64,000 bases of DNA, from assembly GCF_013315695.1 (NCBI RefSeq), contig NZ_CP054353.1; one strand, 5' to 3'. The notes under the pieces were generated by a model. It searched no databases and was not told the DNA's origin. It worked only from the letters and a program-made list of their open reading frames with translations. The DNA is from Escherichia coli. Its GTDB lineage: Bacteria > Pseudomonadota > Gammaproteobacteria > Enterobacterales > Enterobacteriaceae. Made by a program: the position numbers and the translations under genes. Below, piece by piece: positions 63,368 to 64,000 of this stretch; the stretch's first letter is position 1; every line of letters starts with the position of its first letter.

Positions 63368-63542
63368 TCACGGACCTCATAATCAACTTTATTTTCTGGC
63401 CAGATTCAACACGTTAACGCAAATCATCTGCCAGAATTTAATCTTGTGCTGCACGAGTCAGCCTATGTCTATATATCCATCAGTCCGTGACTGGTGCGCA
63501 TCATAAAGCAAGCAGATATATTGCGCAATTTTTATACAGCAC

Positions 63543-64000
63543 TCATGACTGATTAAAGCGAAACAGCGGTAACAGGAAACGTTGCGACTGTTCAACGATA
63601 GCCTCCATTGTCTCTGGTGTTAATTGCCGCCAGAGCCGTTGATACCAGATATCATCACCTTCGCCACGCACCATCATGTTGCCTTCGTAAGCCTGAAGGA
63701 ATTTCGTACGGGCTTTTTGCAACGTGGAATCGTCATCCAGCATGGCATCGTTTTGCGCGTCATAACAGGTTTTTAGCCACGCGCCGCCACTTTCAGGTAA
63801 CACCAGCAATGGCGCGGACATTCCTTCACGATACCCCTCAATCAGTTGTGAGAGGTAATGCAAAGCCTGTTCGGCTGCAAGCGGCGGAAAACGCCACTCG
63901 CCGTCTTTGCGTAGAAAAAGGCGACTTTCACCATTACCACCGCTGGCACAGTAGACAAGGTGTTCCAGCCAAAGTTGCATTCCCTGCGCCACACTTAATA
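63543..64000 (-). CDS. recC: exodeoxyribonuclease V gamma subunit, C-terminal portion (gene continues beyond window end)
   Basis: Open reading frame on the minus strand from the window edge to the stop at 63543; recC-ptrA-recB-recD order. Confidence 0.85.
   Translation of the reverse strand, partial: LSVAQGMQLWLEHLVYCASGGNGESRLFLRKDGEWRFPPLAAEQALHYLSQLIEGYREGMSAPLLVLPESGGAWLKTCYDAQNDAMLDDDSTLQKARTKFLQAYEGNMMVRGEGDDIWYQRLWRQLTPETMEAIVEQSQRFLLPLFRFNQS

Overview
This window reads as Escherichia coli chromosome (K-12-like core genes, identified by reading the translated ORFs and RNA sequences from memory; no database search was possible). It is densely packed with well-known housekeeping genes: aroF-tyrA / pheL-pheA / raiA, then eno-pyrG-mazG-mazEF-relA-rlmD, barA, gudPXD, yqcA-truC-yqcC, csrB sRNA, syd, queF, ppnN, sdaCB, xni, the complete fucose regulon (fucAO / fucPIKUR), rlmM-ygdD-gcvA, gcvB sRNA, ygdI, csdAE, tcdA, mltA, three tandem initiator tRNA-fMet genes, amiC, argA, recD-recB-ptrA and the 3' end of recC. 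I found no defence system or obviously novel machinery. Two places depart from the K-12 reference layout as I recall it and are the most interesting parts: (1) a complete IS4 element (about 4285-5709) sits exactly at a junction where the aroF-tyrA-pheA-raiA block is joined, in inverted orientation, to the 3' side of eno, which suggests an IS4-associated inversion of roughly 170 kb or an assembly join; (2) a roughly 5.5 kb AT-rich accessory island (about 46730-52240) lies between the tRNA-fMet cluster and amiC and encodes a BglG-family antiterminator with a RAT/terminator leader, a MalX-like PTS EIICB, a MalY-like PLP C-S lyase, a SIS-domain sugar-phosphate isomerase and a D-2-hydroxyacid dehydrogenase. 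Several six-frame ORFs overcall the N-terminus, and the long antisense ORFs are artefacts.
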